This document shows, one piece after another, positions 50,545 to 60,264 of a DNA stretch of 64,000 nucleotides. The number at the start of each line of letters is the position of its first letter. The first letter of the stretch is position 1. The stretch is from an uncultured delta proteobacterium. Its GTDB lineage: Bacteria; Myxococcota; Myxococcia; Myxococcales; Myxococcaceae. Location of the stretch: assembly GCA_963776345.1 (NCBI GenBank), contig CAVZMH010000013.1, forward strand, positions 96,001 through 160,000, written 5' to 3'. Below the pieces are notes generated by a model. That model was not told where the DNA came from and searched no databases. It worked only from the letters and a program-made list of their open reading frames with translations. Made by a program: the position numbers and the translations under genes.

Positions 50545-51272
50545 GGCAGGTCCACCCCCACCATCATTCCCAGCCGGAGCACGAAGCCGTACTTCAGATC
50601 GTTGCTCCGGAGCGGGTCGTACAGATCGAGCGCCAGCGCGGTCACCACCCCGATCGTCCACCCCACCCGGCCCGGCTGCCAGCCGGGACGCCAGCGGACG
50701 ATGCCCGTGCCGCCGACGCCGAGCTGGAGGGCGTTGAAGTTGGTGAGCCCCGGCTTGCCGCCGAGGTTGAGCGCATTCATGTGCACCCCGGGGCCGCTCT
50801 CCAGCTCGAGCGATTCGCCCACGGCCCAGCGGTACTGCCATCCGACGAGCAGGTCGAGGCCTCCGCTGTTCTGGTAGATGGAGGAGATGGAGTGCACCCG
50901 GCCGTCCTGACGCGCCTGGAGGGGCAGGACGAAGCTCAGGTGGAGGAACGGGCCGGTCGCGTTGACCGACATGAGATAACCGAGCGAGAGCGAGTGGAAG
51001 GTGTAGTGGCTCTGCTTCTCGCTGAAGAACGTGGCCATGTGCCAGGCCGGCGAGAACTCGTGTCTCCAGCCGGCGCGCCGGTCGACCGGGGCGGTCACCG
51101 CGGGCGGCGTCTCGGGCCCGGGAGCTTCCGGCGCGGTCACCGCGGGCGACGTCTCGGGCCCGGGAGCTCCCGGCGCCTCCGCCGGCTGGGCCGCGCCCCG
51201 GACCGGAACGAGCAGCGTCCAACAGAGCGCCCACCCGGTCCAGACCACGGCCCACCGCTGCGGACGGCGCAT
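50541..51272 (-). CDS. Putative small outer-membrane beta-barrel protein
   Basis: Signal peptide, Pro-rich linker, then amphipathic beta-strand pattern ending FVLRLGMMVGVDLP. Confidence 0.6.
   Translation of the reverse strand: MRRPQRWAVVWTGWALCWTLLVPVRGAAQPAEAPGAPGPETSPAVTAPEAPGPETPPAVTAPVDRRAGWRHEFSPAWHMATFFSEKQSHYTFHSLSLGYLMSVNATGPFLHLSFVLPLQARQDGRVHSISSIYQNSGGLDLLVGWQYRWAVGESLELESGPGVHMNALNLGGKPGLTNFNALQLGVGGTGIVRWRPGWQPGRVGWTIGVVTALALDLYDPLRSNDLKYGFVLRLGMMVGVDLP
51091..51174. repeat. In-frame 42-bp duplication in the Pro-rich linker
   Basis: GCGGTCACCGCGGGCGRCGTCTCGGGCCCGGGAGCTYCCGGC at 51091 and 51133; encodes APGPET(S/P)PAVTAP twice. Confidence 0.85.
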
Positions 51273-51301
51273 TCGGACGCCCCTCCCGGTCCGAGGATAC
51301 G

Positions 51302-52678
51302 TCAGAACGCCTCGCCGGCGCCGAAGTAGACGCCCCAGGTCTTCTGGGCCACCGTGACGTCGAGGGTGATGTTGGTCCGGGACTGGCGGTTCATCATGAA
51401 ACGCAGGCCCACCCCCCCTGCCGGCGCGATGTACTGGAAGAGGTCGTTGCCCTGGCCGACGAAGCCCAGGTAGCTCACCGGCGCCCGGGAGAACGTCTCG
51501 GCGCTTGCGAAGACCACGCCGCCGAGGAGCCCGTTGTCGGTGATGCGGAAGCGCCACTCCGCCTCGGCGTAGATCTCCGCCGTCCCGCGGAAGCGCCCCT
51601 GCACGTAACCCCGCCCGGTCCGGTTCCGCGCGTCCCAGCCGATCGCCGGGAGCCCGAGGTACGGAAGCGTCCCGGTGACCGTGGTCTGGAACACGGCCCA
51701 GAAGGCGAGCACGTTCCGCGGCACCGACTTGGAGAGGCCCAGGTACCCGCGGAACTCTCCGTAGAACAGCGAGCTGTCCTGCGCGCTCCCCAGCCAGTGC
51801 GGGTACCACTGGTAGGTGAGCGCGGCGTAGATGCCCCGGTAAGGGTTGATGGTCGAGTCGCGGCTGTCCCAGACCACGTTCAGGCTCGGACCCGAGGTGT
51901 TGTATGCGCTGGGGTTGAAGCCCAGGGCCTCGCTGTAGGCGTAGTGGCTGGTCACCACCGCCGGGGTCGCCTGGAGGTTTAGGGACCGGTCGACGATGGC
52001 GTAGTAGCGATCGAAGTTGAACCCCGGGCCGATGTAGAAGGTCTCCGTCACCCGCTTGAGGAAGTTCTCGCGGATCCGGATGAGGTTCATGTCCATCGGC
52101 TGGGCTCCGGGGATCGCCGCGGTCGTCCCGTAGCCGTTGAGGGTGAAGCCGCCGCTGATCGGGGTTTCTCCCGTCCCCAGCCCGAAAGTGTCCTGGTTGA
52201 AGACCAGAAATCGCCAGTCCCCCTGGAGCTGCCAGGAGTTGTCACTGAGCATCAGCACGCTGTTGATGCCGGAAAGGAACTGGTTCTTGGTGGTGTAGAG
52301 GATGTTGGCCGAGATGTTGGAGATGGTGGTCGTCTTTGGATCGCCCAGGTAGATCCCGACGATGGCCGCGGCGCCGATCAGCGCCCCCTGCGTCGGGTTG
52401 TAGCCGATGACGGGGAGTATGGTGAGGAGCGGCTTGAACGGCTCGGCCTGGCGCGACTCCTTCTGGCTCAGGCCGACCGCGACGAAGAGGTCGGTGGCGT
52501 CCTGATAGGGGGTGCACTGCGACTCGACGCAGACCGAGCCCCGCCCCTCCCGGGCCACACATTCGTCTGTCCCGGTGCAGGACGCCGGCGCGGGCTTCAC
52601 CTCCCCCTCCGACTCGGCCGCACGGACGGCCGATGGCGCCGCGACCGTGAGCAGCAGACACAGCAACAGTGAGCGCAT
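51302..52678 (-). CDS. Omp85 (BamA/TamA-family) beta-barrel lacking POTRA domains
   Basis: PVIGYNP, WDSRDSTINPYRG, GRGYVQGRFRG (VRGY-like), GGVGLRF, C-terminal FGAGEAF; short Cys-rich N-terminal segment. Confidence 0.8.
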   Translation of the reverse strand: MRSLLLCLLLTVAAPSAVRAAESEGEVKPAPASCTGTDECVAREGRGSVCVESQCTPYQDATDLFVAVGLSQKESRQAEPFKPLLTILPVIGYNPTQGALIGAAAIVGIYLGDPKTTTISNISANILYTTKNQFLSGINSVLMLSDNSWQLQGDWRFLVFNQDTFGLGTGETPISGGFTLNGYGTTAAIPGAQPMDMNLIRIRENFLKRVTETFYIGPGFNFDRYYAIVDRSLNLQATPAVVTSHYAYSEALGFNPSAYNTSGPSLNVVWDSRDSTINPYRGIYAALTYQWYPHWLGSAQDSSLFYGEFRGYLGLSKSVPRNVLAFWAVFQTTVTGTLPYLGLPAIGWDARNRTGRGYVQGRFRGTAEIYAEAEWRFRITDNGLLGGVVFASAETFSRAPVSYLGFVGQGNDLFQYIAPAGGVGLRFMMNRQSRTNITLDVTVAQKTWGVYFGAGEAF

Positions 52679-52825
52679 CGAGGCTCCCGGTGCCCGAGAG
52701 TCCTCGACGCTGGCTGGAAACTCCAGGCCAGCACGCACCGGCGCGTGTTGGCCCGAAGTCCTACGTCTCGAGGCGTTCCCGCCAACCTTCCGCCCCGGTA
52801 GCCTTGCGCTGACGGGAGGCTGGCC

Positions 52826-54010
52826 ATGAGCGGCTCGCTGTCGGTTGGGAGGCACGACTTCTCGCTCGTCCTCGGAGGACCGCTGTACCAGCTGTTCCGC
52901 CGGGCCCACCTCGCCGGGCCTGCCCTGGAGCAGCTGTGGCGCCGCATCTGGGTCATCACCCTCCTGGCCTGGTTGCCCTTGCTCTGCCTGGCCCTGGCGA
53001 CCGGACTCGCCTGGGGGCCCCCGAGCGCCCTGCCCTTCCTCAGGGACATCGAGACACAGGTTCGCTTCCTGGTGGCGCTCCCGGTGCTGATCGCCGCCGA
53101 GCTCATCGTCCACCGGCGCACCCGGGTGGTGGTGGGCGAGTTCCTGGAGCGGAACATCGTGCGGGCTGCCGACGTTCCTCGATTCGAGAGGGCGATCGCC
53201 TCGGCGGTGCGCCTGCGCAACTCCGTTCCCCTCGAGCTGGGCTTGTTCCTGCTGGTGCTCACCGTCGGCCACTGGTTCTGGAGGAGCCAGATCGCCTTCG
53301 GAGCATCGAGCTGGTACGCGGTGGCCGACGGCGATCGGATGCGGCTCGCGCCCGCCGGAGTCTGGTTCGCGTTCGTCAGCGTGCCGATCTTCCAGTTCAT
53401 CCTCCTGCGCTGGTACCTGCGGCTGCTGATCTGGTTCCGCTTCCTCGGTCAGGTCGCCCGGATGGACCTTCACCTCGTGCCCACCCATCCCGACCGGGCG
53501 GGGGGTCTGGCCTTCCTGGGGAAGAGCACCTACGCCTTCGGACCGTTCCTCTTCGCGCAGGGCGCACTGCTCGCCGGCCTGGTGGCCACCCGCGTCCTCT
53601 ACGGAGGGCAGAGCCTCCTCGCCTTCAAGCTGGACGTCATCGGTCTCGTCGGCTTCTTCCTCCTGATCATCCTCGGGCCGCTCACCGTCTTCACTCCCCG
53701 GCTCGCGCGCGCCAAGCAGCAGGGCCTGGTCGAGTACGGGCAGCTGGGAAGCGAGTACGTCGCCGCCTTCGAGCGGAAGTGGGTGGGCGGAGAGGCAGGG
53801 GAGGAGCCTCTCCTCGGCACCGCCGACATCCAGTCGCTCTCGGACCTGGGGCAGAGCTACTCCGTCGTCCGGGAGATGAACGTCGTCCCCTTCGGTGTGC
53901 AGGACATCGTCCGGCTGGCGGTGACCACCGCCGCCCCGCTCCTCCCGCTCGGCTTGACCATCTTCTCGGCCGAGGAGTTGCTCCTCCGCCTGGTGAAGAT
54001 CGTCCTCTGA
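52826..54010 (+). CDS. Polytopic membrane protein, function unknown
   Basis: GGAGG RBS; many TMs; motifs FSLVLGGPLYQL, HPDRAGGLAFL and DIQSLSDL. Confidence 0.8.
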   Translation: MSGSLSVGRHDFSLVLGGPLYQLFRRAHLAGPALEQLWRRIWVITLLAWLPLLCLALATGLAWGPPSALPFLRDIETQVRFLVALPVLIAAELIVHRRTRVVVGEFLERNIVRAADVPRFERAIASAVRLRNSVPLELGLFLLVLTVGHWFWRSQIAFGASSWYAVADGDRMRLAPAGVWFAFVSVPIFQFILLRWYLRLLIWFRFLGQVARMDLHLVPTHPDRAGGLAFLGKSTYAFGPFLFAQGALLAGLVATRVLYGGQSLLAFKLDVIGLVGFFLLIILGPLTVFTPRLARAKQQGLVEYGQLGSEYVAAFERKWVGGEAGEEPLLGTADIQSLSDLGQSYSVVREMNVVPFGVQDIVRLAVTTAAPLLPLGLTIFSAEELLLRLVKIVL

Positions 54011-54014
54011 CGCC

Positions 54015-54794
54015 TCAGGCGACGATGTTGGTCCCGCCGTCCACGTACACCGTTCCCCCGGTGATCCGGCGAGCGAAGGGCGTGGCCAGGTAGGCGCAGG
54101 CGAAGCCCACGTCCATGATGTCCACCAGCTCTCCCAGCGGGGCCTTCTGCGCCGCCTCGTTCAGGAGCAGCTCGAAGTCCTTCAGCCCCCCGGCGGCGCG
54201 GGTCTTCAAGGGGCCGGGGGAGATGGCGTGCACCCGGATGCCGGACGGCCCGAGCTCGTAGGCGAGGTAGCGGCACGCCGCCTCGAGCGCGGCCTTCACC
54301 GGGCCCATGACGTTGTAGTTGGGCACCACCCGGTTCGCGCCGTAGTAGCTCATCGCGAACATGGTCCCCCCGTCCTTCATCAGGGGCGCGGCCAGCTTCG
54401 CCATCCGGATGAACGAGTGGCAGGAGATGTCCATCGCCTTGGCGAAGCCCGCCGCCGAGCAGTCCAGGAGCCCTCCCTGGAGGTCCTCCTTGGGCGCGAA
54501 GGCGATGGAGTGCACCAGGCTGTCGAGCTTCCCCCAGCGGGTCCGGATGAGCTCGAACACCGCCTCGAGCTGGCCGGGCACGCCCACGTCCAGCGGGGCG
54601 GTGATGGTCGCCCCCACCTCCCTCGCCAGCGGCTCCACGTGCGGGCGCGCCTTCTCGTTGAGCCAGGTGACCGCCAGCTCGGCCCCGGCCAGCCGGAAGG
54701 CCTTGGCGCAGCCGTAGGCAATGGATTGGTCGTTGGCGATACCGACGACGAGGACCTTCTGGCCTTCGAGGACCGGTCTGATGCTCTCGTTCAT
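54015..54794 (-). CDS. fabI: Enoyl-ACP reductase FabI (SDR)
   Basis: GIANDQSIAYG, HSIAFAP, YYG...YNVMGPVKAALE and ISPGPLKTRAA motifs. Confidence 0.9.
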   Translation of the reverse strand: MNESIRPVLEGQKVLVVGIANDQSIAYGCAKAFRLAGAELAVTWLNEKARPHVEPLAREVGATITAPLDVGVPGQLEAVFELIRTRWGKLDSLVHSIAFAPKEDLQGGLLDCSAAGFAKAMDISCHSFIRMAKLAAPLMKDGGTMFAMSYYGANRVVPNYNVMGPVKAALEAACRYLAYELGPSGIRVHAISPGPLKTRAAGGLKDFELLLNEAAQKAPLGELVDIMDVGFACAYLATPFARRITGGTVYVDGGTNIVA

Positions 54795-54821
54795 GGTGAT
54801 TCCCTCTGCTGGCACGCGGCT

Positions 54822-56990
54822 TCAGGCGTGCAGCGGGTGCTCCGACAGCGGCCGCTCCGGCGTCACCTCGAGCAGCGCCTCCACCCGGTGCAGACGGCGG
54901 CTGCCTTCCTCGGTGAGCGACCCACGAGCAGCCAACATGAGATGCAGGGCGTCGAGCGCCTCGCGGCGCTTCTCGGCGCTCCTGGGGAGAAGCCTGGGGA
55001 GGGTCTCCACGGCCCGCTCCTCGTCGAGGGAGACCAGGAGGAACTGCTCCTTGAAGGCCTGCTTGAGCTCCCCCATGCTCAGCCGCTCCTTGGGATGGCG
55101 GGCGGCGCGGATGGCGGAGAACATGGAGAAGCCGCGCTCATCGATGCTGCCCCCCGGCAGCCGGACGTAGATCAGCGCACGGATCACCGCCTCCCGGGGC
55201 CCTCCGACCTCGAACCGTTTCTCGAGCTCCGACCGGCTCCGCTCCTGGGCCGCCTCCCGGGCCAGATCGCGCTCGGCGTGACGGTCCTCCTTCGCCTGCG
55301 GCCCGAGACCCACCAGCGCCTGGAGGATGCGCGAACCGTAGACGCCGAGGAAGAGGGACTCGGTCATCGCGTCCCGGAATGCGCCGTAGGCGTCGAGGCT
55401 GGAGGCGATGGTCGAGGACGCCGCCTTCTCCAGCGCGAGCAGCGGGTTGTCCGACGCCACCGCGTGCCGATTGGCGCGCACCCCGGGAGCGAGGGTCTTG
55501 ATCGGCCACATGAAGGGGTTCCGGTCGGAGAGGACGGAGAACTTGACGCGGTTGGGGTGCATCCTGCGCAGCGCGCTGGCCGCGGCCTCGGGCACCATGG
55601 CCCGCAGCATCCGGCCGAAGGTCCGGTACAGGCTCTGGTTCACCTCCGAGACCCGGGCCACGGTGGCGAATCGGCGCTCGTCCTCCGGGGAGTTGTTGCC
55701 CAGCGCCCGGATGTGATCGAGCGTGCGCGCCTCCAGCCGGAAGAGGTACTTCCCCTCGATCAGCTCGGGGTTCTCGATGTCCTCGTCCACCTCGGTGATG
55801 ACCGCCTCGTAGAGTCCCGGAGGGAGGAGGTCGATCAGCGCCATGCAGCTGGCGAACTCCTGGTGCTCCTTCGTCGCGACCTTCCCGGAGACGAAGATGC
55901 CCAGGTGACCGATGCTCTGGTGCAAGGTGTAGACGATGGTCTGGCCCGCGGCGACGATCTCCTTCTCGTCATCGTAGAGGTCGGTGATCCAGCCCAGCGC
56001 CTGCTGCGGCGGGGTGATGTCGTCGCCCCAGGAGCAGAAGACCACGATCGGCGACTTGATGTTGCGCAGGTCGATCCGGTGCCCGTCCGAGGTGCGCAGC
56101 CCGCCGGTGGACAGCTTGTTCCCGACGAACAGGTTGTCGGCGATCCACTGCATCTCCTCCGCGTTCAGGAGGACCGGGCTGCCCCACCAGTTCTCGAAGT
56201 CCAGGTAGCGCGGGGCCTCGGTGTCGATCTTCGAGTAGAGGTTGTAGATCTTCTTCCAGTAGGTGTTCGCGGGGTTGAGCGACTCGAAGTTGGCGATCAG
56301 GTGCGCCCCGTCGAAGATGCCGTGGCCGAGGTCGCCGGCCAGCGCGGTGAGCCAGGTGCCCCCGAGCATCCCGCCCAGGTACCGCATCGGGTTCTTGCCC
56401 CGGACTCCGGCCCAGTAGGAGAGCGGCGACCCGGCGAGGAGGATGGGTCCGGTCAGCTCCGGCCGCATCGCCGCCATCATCATGATCTGCCAGCCCGCCT
56501 GGCAGTTGGCGATGACCACCGGTTTGCCCTCCGCCTTGGGGTGAAGGGCGGCGACCTCCTCGAGGAACGCGGCCTCGGTGAGGCACACGTCCTCCACCGT
56601 CTGGCCGGGTTCGGGCTGGGGCCGGAAGCCGATGAAGTAGCAGGCGTGTCCCGCGGCCAGCGCCGCGCCGATCTCGCTGTCCTGCTTCATCCCTCCGATG
56701 CCCGGGCCGTGACCGGCGCGCGGATCCACCACCACGAACGGAGGCTTGGTCGGGTCGATGACCGTTCCCTCCGGAGGAACGATGCGGACCAGCAGGTAGT
56801 TGGTCGGCCGGGGCAGGGTCCGGCCATCGCGGATGAGCTCCGTCTGGAACTCGAGCACGTTGGGAACATCCTTGCTCTTCTGCTCGAGGTACTTGTTGCC
56901 ACGCTGCCGGAGCGTGTCGAGGAGCAGCACCGAGCGCTGCCAGGCGTCGAGCCAGTATTCCTGAAGGGGGCCAACGGGAAAGGTCTTCAT
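54822..56990 (-). CDS. DUF3141 family protein (PHA-synthase-like alpha/beta hydrolase)
   Basis: DAWQRSVL..D, PFVVVDPRAGHGPGIGG, lipase-box-like ANCQAG, CSWGDDITPPQQAL and GHLGIFVSG. Confidence 0.85.
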   Translation of the reverse strand: MKTFPVGPLQEYWLDAWQRSVLLLDTLRQRGNKYLEQKSKDVPNVLEFQTELIRDGRTLPRPTNYLLVRIVPPEGTVIDPTKPPFVVVDPRAGHGPGIGGMKQDSEIGAALAAGHACYFIGFRPQPEPGQTVEDVCLTEAAFLEEVAALHPKAEGKPVVIANCQAGWQIMMMAAMRPELTGPILLAGSPLSYWAGVRGKNPMRYLGGMLGGTWLTALAGDLGHGIFDGAHLIANFESLNPANTYWKKIYNLYSKIDTEAPRYLDFENWWGSPVLLNAEEMQWIADNLFVGNKLSTGGLRTSDGHRIDLRNIKSPIVVFCSWGDDITPPQQALGWITDLYDDEKEIVAAGQTIVYTLHQSIGHLGIFVSGKVATKEHQEFASCMALIDLLPPGLYEAVITEVDEDIENPELIEGKYLFRLEARTLDHIRALGNNSPEDERRFATVARVSEVNQSLYRTFGRMLRAMVPEAAASALRRMHPNRVKFSVLSDRNPFMWPIKTLAPGVRANRHAVASDNPLLALEKAASSTIASSLDAYGAFRDAMTESLFLGVYGSRILQALVGLGPQAKEDRHAERDLAREAAQERSRSELEKRFEVGGPREAVIRALIYVRLPGGSIDERGFSMFSAIRAARHPKERLSMGELKQAFKEQFLLVSLDEERAVETLPRLLPRSAEKRREALDALHLMLAARGSLTEEGSRRLHRVEALLEVTPERPLSEHPLHA

Positions 56991-57024
56991 GGGAGGCACT
57001 CCGGAGCCGGTTGAGGAAAATGGA

Positions 57025-57040
57025 TGCAATTCCGGCACCG
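57025..57040 (-). promoter_or_regulatory. Putative sigma54 promoter for DUF3141-fabI
   Basis: Minus strand CGGTGCCGGAATTGCA = GG-N10-GC with TTGCA at -12, about 35 bp upstream of ATG 56990. Confidence 0.4.
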
Positions 57041-57196
57041 TAGATGTCCCGAGGCATGTCCTGGGAATCGCCGCCGACGGACCGAGGCAGCGCGCACCCA
57101 GCGCCGTCCGATGTCCGTTTCGACGCAAAACGTGCGCACCGGGGGCAGCGGGGGCAGGCGCGCCCGGACTAGGGTCGAGCGCCACGGAGGGCTTGC

Positions 57197-57634
57197 ATGA
57201 GAGAGCTGGCCTGGGTGGGAGCGGGAGTGGCGGCGCTCGTGCTGGGCTGTGCGTCGGCGCCGCCGGCGCCGCAGGGGGACAAGACCGTGCCGGGCGCGCA
57301 GTACCTCCTCGGCTCGGAGTGGGAGCTCAGCGATCTCGGCGGCACGCCGGTGCTCCCGGACCAGAGGCCGACCCTCGCCTTCCTCGAGCCGGCGCGCATC
57401 TCGGGCAACGGCTCGTGCAACCGTTACTCGGGGGCAGCGGAGCTCGGTGACGGAACCATCCGGGTGGGCCCGCTGGCGAGCACGCGGATGGCGTGCACGC
57501 CCGAGGTCGACGTTCAGGAGAAGGCCTTCCTCGCGGCGCTGCAGAACGCCCGTCGACTGGAGCTGGCGGGCGGCGGGCTGGTGGTGCACACCGAGAGCCT
57601 GGAGCAGCCGCTCCGCTTCCGACGCATCAAGTGA
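57197..57634 (+). CDS. META domain (HslJ-like) lipoprotein
   Basis: Lipobox VLGC; W.L..L.G, SGNGSCNRYSG and LASTRMAC motifs; GGAGG RBS. Confidence 0.9.
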   Translation: MRELAWVGAGVAALVLGCASAPPAPQGDKTVPGAQYLLGSEWELSDLGGTPVLPDQRPTLAFLEPARISGNGSCNRYSGAAELGDGTIRVGPLASTRMACTPEVDVQEKAFLAALQNARRLELAGGGLVVHTESLEQPLRFRRIK

Positions 57635-57660
57635 GGACCGGCCCCGGGGAGACCTGACGC

Positions 57661-58602
57661 GTGGCCGAGGTGACCGTCGTCGGTGCGGGCGTGGTGGGGC
57701 TGACCACCGCGCTCGCGCTCCAGCAGGCGGGGCATCGGGTGCAGGTCCTCGCCGCCGAGCGCCCGGAGCGCACCACCTCGGCCGTGGCGGGCGCGCTCTG
57801 GTACCCCTTCGCGGTCGGGCCGCCGGAGAAGGTGAGCCGCTGGGCGCGGGCGACCCGCGACTGGCTGCTCGCGCTCTGCCAGACGGTGCCCGCGGCGGGC
57901 GTGGACGTGGTGACGGCGATCGAGTGCGCGGCGGACGCCCGCCGCCCCTGGTGGGCGGAGGCGGTCGACGGGCTCCGGTTCGTCGATCGGCCCCCGCCGG
58001 GCGGAGCCCCGTGCGCCTGGGAGTTCGAGGCGCCTCGGGTGGAGCCGGCGCTGCACCTCCCGTGGCTCGAGGCGCAGCTCGAGCGGCCCATCGAGCTGGC
58101 GCGCGTCGAGCAGCTGGAGGACGTGCCCGGGGACGTGGTCGTCAACTGCACCGGCATCGGCGCGCGACGGCTCACCGGGGACACGGCGCTCCGGGCGCTG
58201 CTGGGGCAGACCGTGGTGGTCGCTCCCGGCGAGGTCGACCTCCGGCGCATGGTCGGGGACGAGCGCGATCTCTCGGCGATGCTCTACGTCATCCCGCGGC
58301 GGGCCGAGGTCGTGATCGGCGGCTGCGCCCTGCCCTTCGACGGCGACGTACCGCCGGCGCCCGACCCGGCGCTGCGCGCGGCGTTCCTCGAGCGCGCCCG
58401 GGCGGCGGGATTCCGGCACGGGCCCGTGCTCCGCGACGCGGTGGGGCTCCGCCCGGTGCGCCCGGAGGTCCGGATCGAGCGGGTGGGCCGCATCGTCCAC
58501 CACTACGGACATGGGGGGGCCGGGTACACGCTCGCCCGGGGCTCGGCGATGGAGGTCGTCGAGCTGGTGGGGGTCGAGGAGGAGCGGGGCACCCCTCGCT
58601 AG
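57661..58602 (+). CDS. D-amino acid oxidase family flavoprotein
   Basis: VVGAGVVGLTTA, TTSAVAGALW, VVNCTGIGA, VGLRP.R and HHYGHGGAG motifs. Confidence 0.88.
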   Translation: MAEVTVVGAGVVGLTTALALQQAGHRVQVLAAERPERTTSAVAGALWYPFAVGPPEKVSRWARATRDWLLALCQTVPAAGVDVVTAIECAADARRPWWAEAVDGLRFVDRPPPGGAPCAWEFEAPRVEPALHLPWLEAQLERPIELARVEQLEDVPGDVVVNCTGIGARRLTGDTALRALLGQTVVVAPGEVDLRRMVGDERDLSAMLYVIPRRAEVVIGGCALPFDGDVPPAPDPALRAAFLERARAAGFRHGPVLRDAVGLRPVRPEVRIERVGRIVHHYGHGGAGYTLARGSAMEVVELVGVEEERGTPR

Positions 58603-58646
58603 AAGTCTGTCGGGCGCAGCCCATCCATGGTCTTCTCCGCGGCCCA

Positions 58647-60240
58647 ATGGAGACCTGGGACGTCATCGTCGTCGGCGGGGGCCACAACGGTCTGGTGACT
58701 GCCGCGTACCTCGCGCGGGCGGGGCAGAAGGTGCTGGTGCTCGAGGCGCGCGACCGGGTCGGCGGCGCCGCCGTCACCGAGGAGCCGTGGCCGGGCTTCC
58801 GGGTCTCCACCGCCGCGTACGTGGTGAGCCTCTTCCGCCCGGAGATCGTGCGCGACCTGGAGCTCGGACGGCACGGCTACGAGCTCCTTCCTCGCAACCC
58901 GTCCTCGTTCACTCCCTTCCCGGACGGCCGCTCTCTCCTCATGGGACCCGACCCGGAGCTCAACCACCGGGAGGTGTCCAAGTTCTCGGTGCGCGACGCG
59001 GACCGGCTGCCTGCCTACGAGGCGATGCTGGAGCGGATCGCCGAGGCCATCGAGCCGACGCTCCTCGAGACCCCCGTCGATCCGTTCTCCCGCCGGCCGG
59101 GAGACCTCCTCCGGCTCGCCCGGACCGGATGGCGGTTCCTGCGCCTGGGGAGGGACGGACCGCGGGCGCTGGAGATCCTGACCGCTCCGGCGCGGACGAT
59201 CCTCGATCGGTGGTTCGAGTCCGATCAGCTCAAGTCCGCGCTCGCCACCGACGCGATCATCGGGGCGATGGCCTCCCCGTCGACGCCGGGGACCGCCTAC
59301 GTGCTCTTCCACCACGTGATGGGGGAGTGCAACGGGGCGAGGGGCGTCTGGGGGTACGTCAAGGGCGGGATGGGGTCCCTGAGCGAGGCGATCGCCTCGG
59401 CCGCTCGCGGCGCGGGCGCGGAGATCCGGACCGATACCCCGGTGGTGAAGGTCCAGGTGAAGGACGGGCGAGCGACGGGCGTGGTGCTCGGGAATGGCGC
59501 GGAGCTCTCCGCCCGGAGGGTGGTCTCCAACGCCGACGCGACCGTGACCTTCCTCCGGCTGGTCGGCGCCGAGCATCTCCCGGACGAGGTGGTGGAGGCG
59601 GTCCGCGGCATCGACTATTCGAGCGCCTCGCTGAAGATCAACCTCGGCCTCTCCGAGCTGCCGAGCTTCACCGCCCTTCCGGGCCACGCGTCCGGCCCGC
59701 AGCACCGCGGGACGATCCACATCTGCCCGAGCGTCGACTACATCGAGCGCGCCTACGACGACGCCCGCGCCGGGCGCCCGTCGTCCTCCCCGGTGCTCGA
59801 GTGCACCATCCCCTCGGCGGTGGATCCGACGGTGGCGCCGCCCGGGAGGCACGTGATGCAGATGTTCGTCCAGTACGCTCCCTACCGGCTGGCCGAGGGG
59901 AGCTGGGACGAGCGCAAGGAGGCGTTCGCCGACCGCTGCGTCGAGCTGGTGGAGGAGGTGGCCCCGGGCTTTCGCCAGGAGCATCGTGGGCCGCCAGGTG
60001 CTCTCCCCGGTCGATCTGGAGAGGCGCTTCGGCCTCACCGGGGGGAACATCTTCCAGGGCGCCATGGGCCTCTCGCAGCTGCACTTCATGCGGCCCATCC
60101 CGGGGTACGCCGACTACCGCACGCCGATCCGCGGGCTCTACCTCTGCGGCGCCGCGACCCATCCCGGCGGCGGGGTGATGGGCGCATGCGGGTACAACGC
60201 GGCGAGGGAGATCCTCCGCGACGTGCGGCGCGGCCGCTGA
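58647..60240 (+). pseudogene. Phytoene desaturase-like (PYROXD2-type) FAD oxidoreductase with a one-base insertion near 59970 (real lesion or sequencing error)
   Basis: METWDVIVVGGGHNGL...GGMGSL... runs to ~59970. The conserved C-terminus ([17 protein letters not shown]...[20 protein letters not shown]) continues in another frame to TGA 60240. Confidence 0.8.
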
Positions 60241-60264
60241 GCGCGGGTGGCGGTCGATCTCCAG

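Noticed and set aside
49528..57196. Mobile genomic island
   Set aside because: Content looks accessory and slightly less GC-rich, but I found no integrase, transposase, tRNA target or flanking direct repeats.
58647..60240. Carotenoid biosynthesis cluster linked to the mevalonate operon
   Set aside because: No crtB or crtE nearby, and the protein resembles the broad PYROXD2-like group rather than a CrtI in a crt operon.
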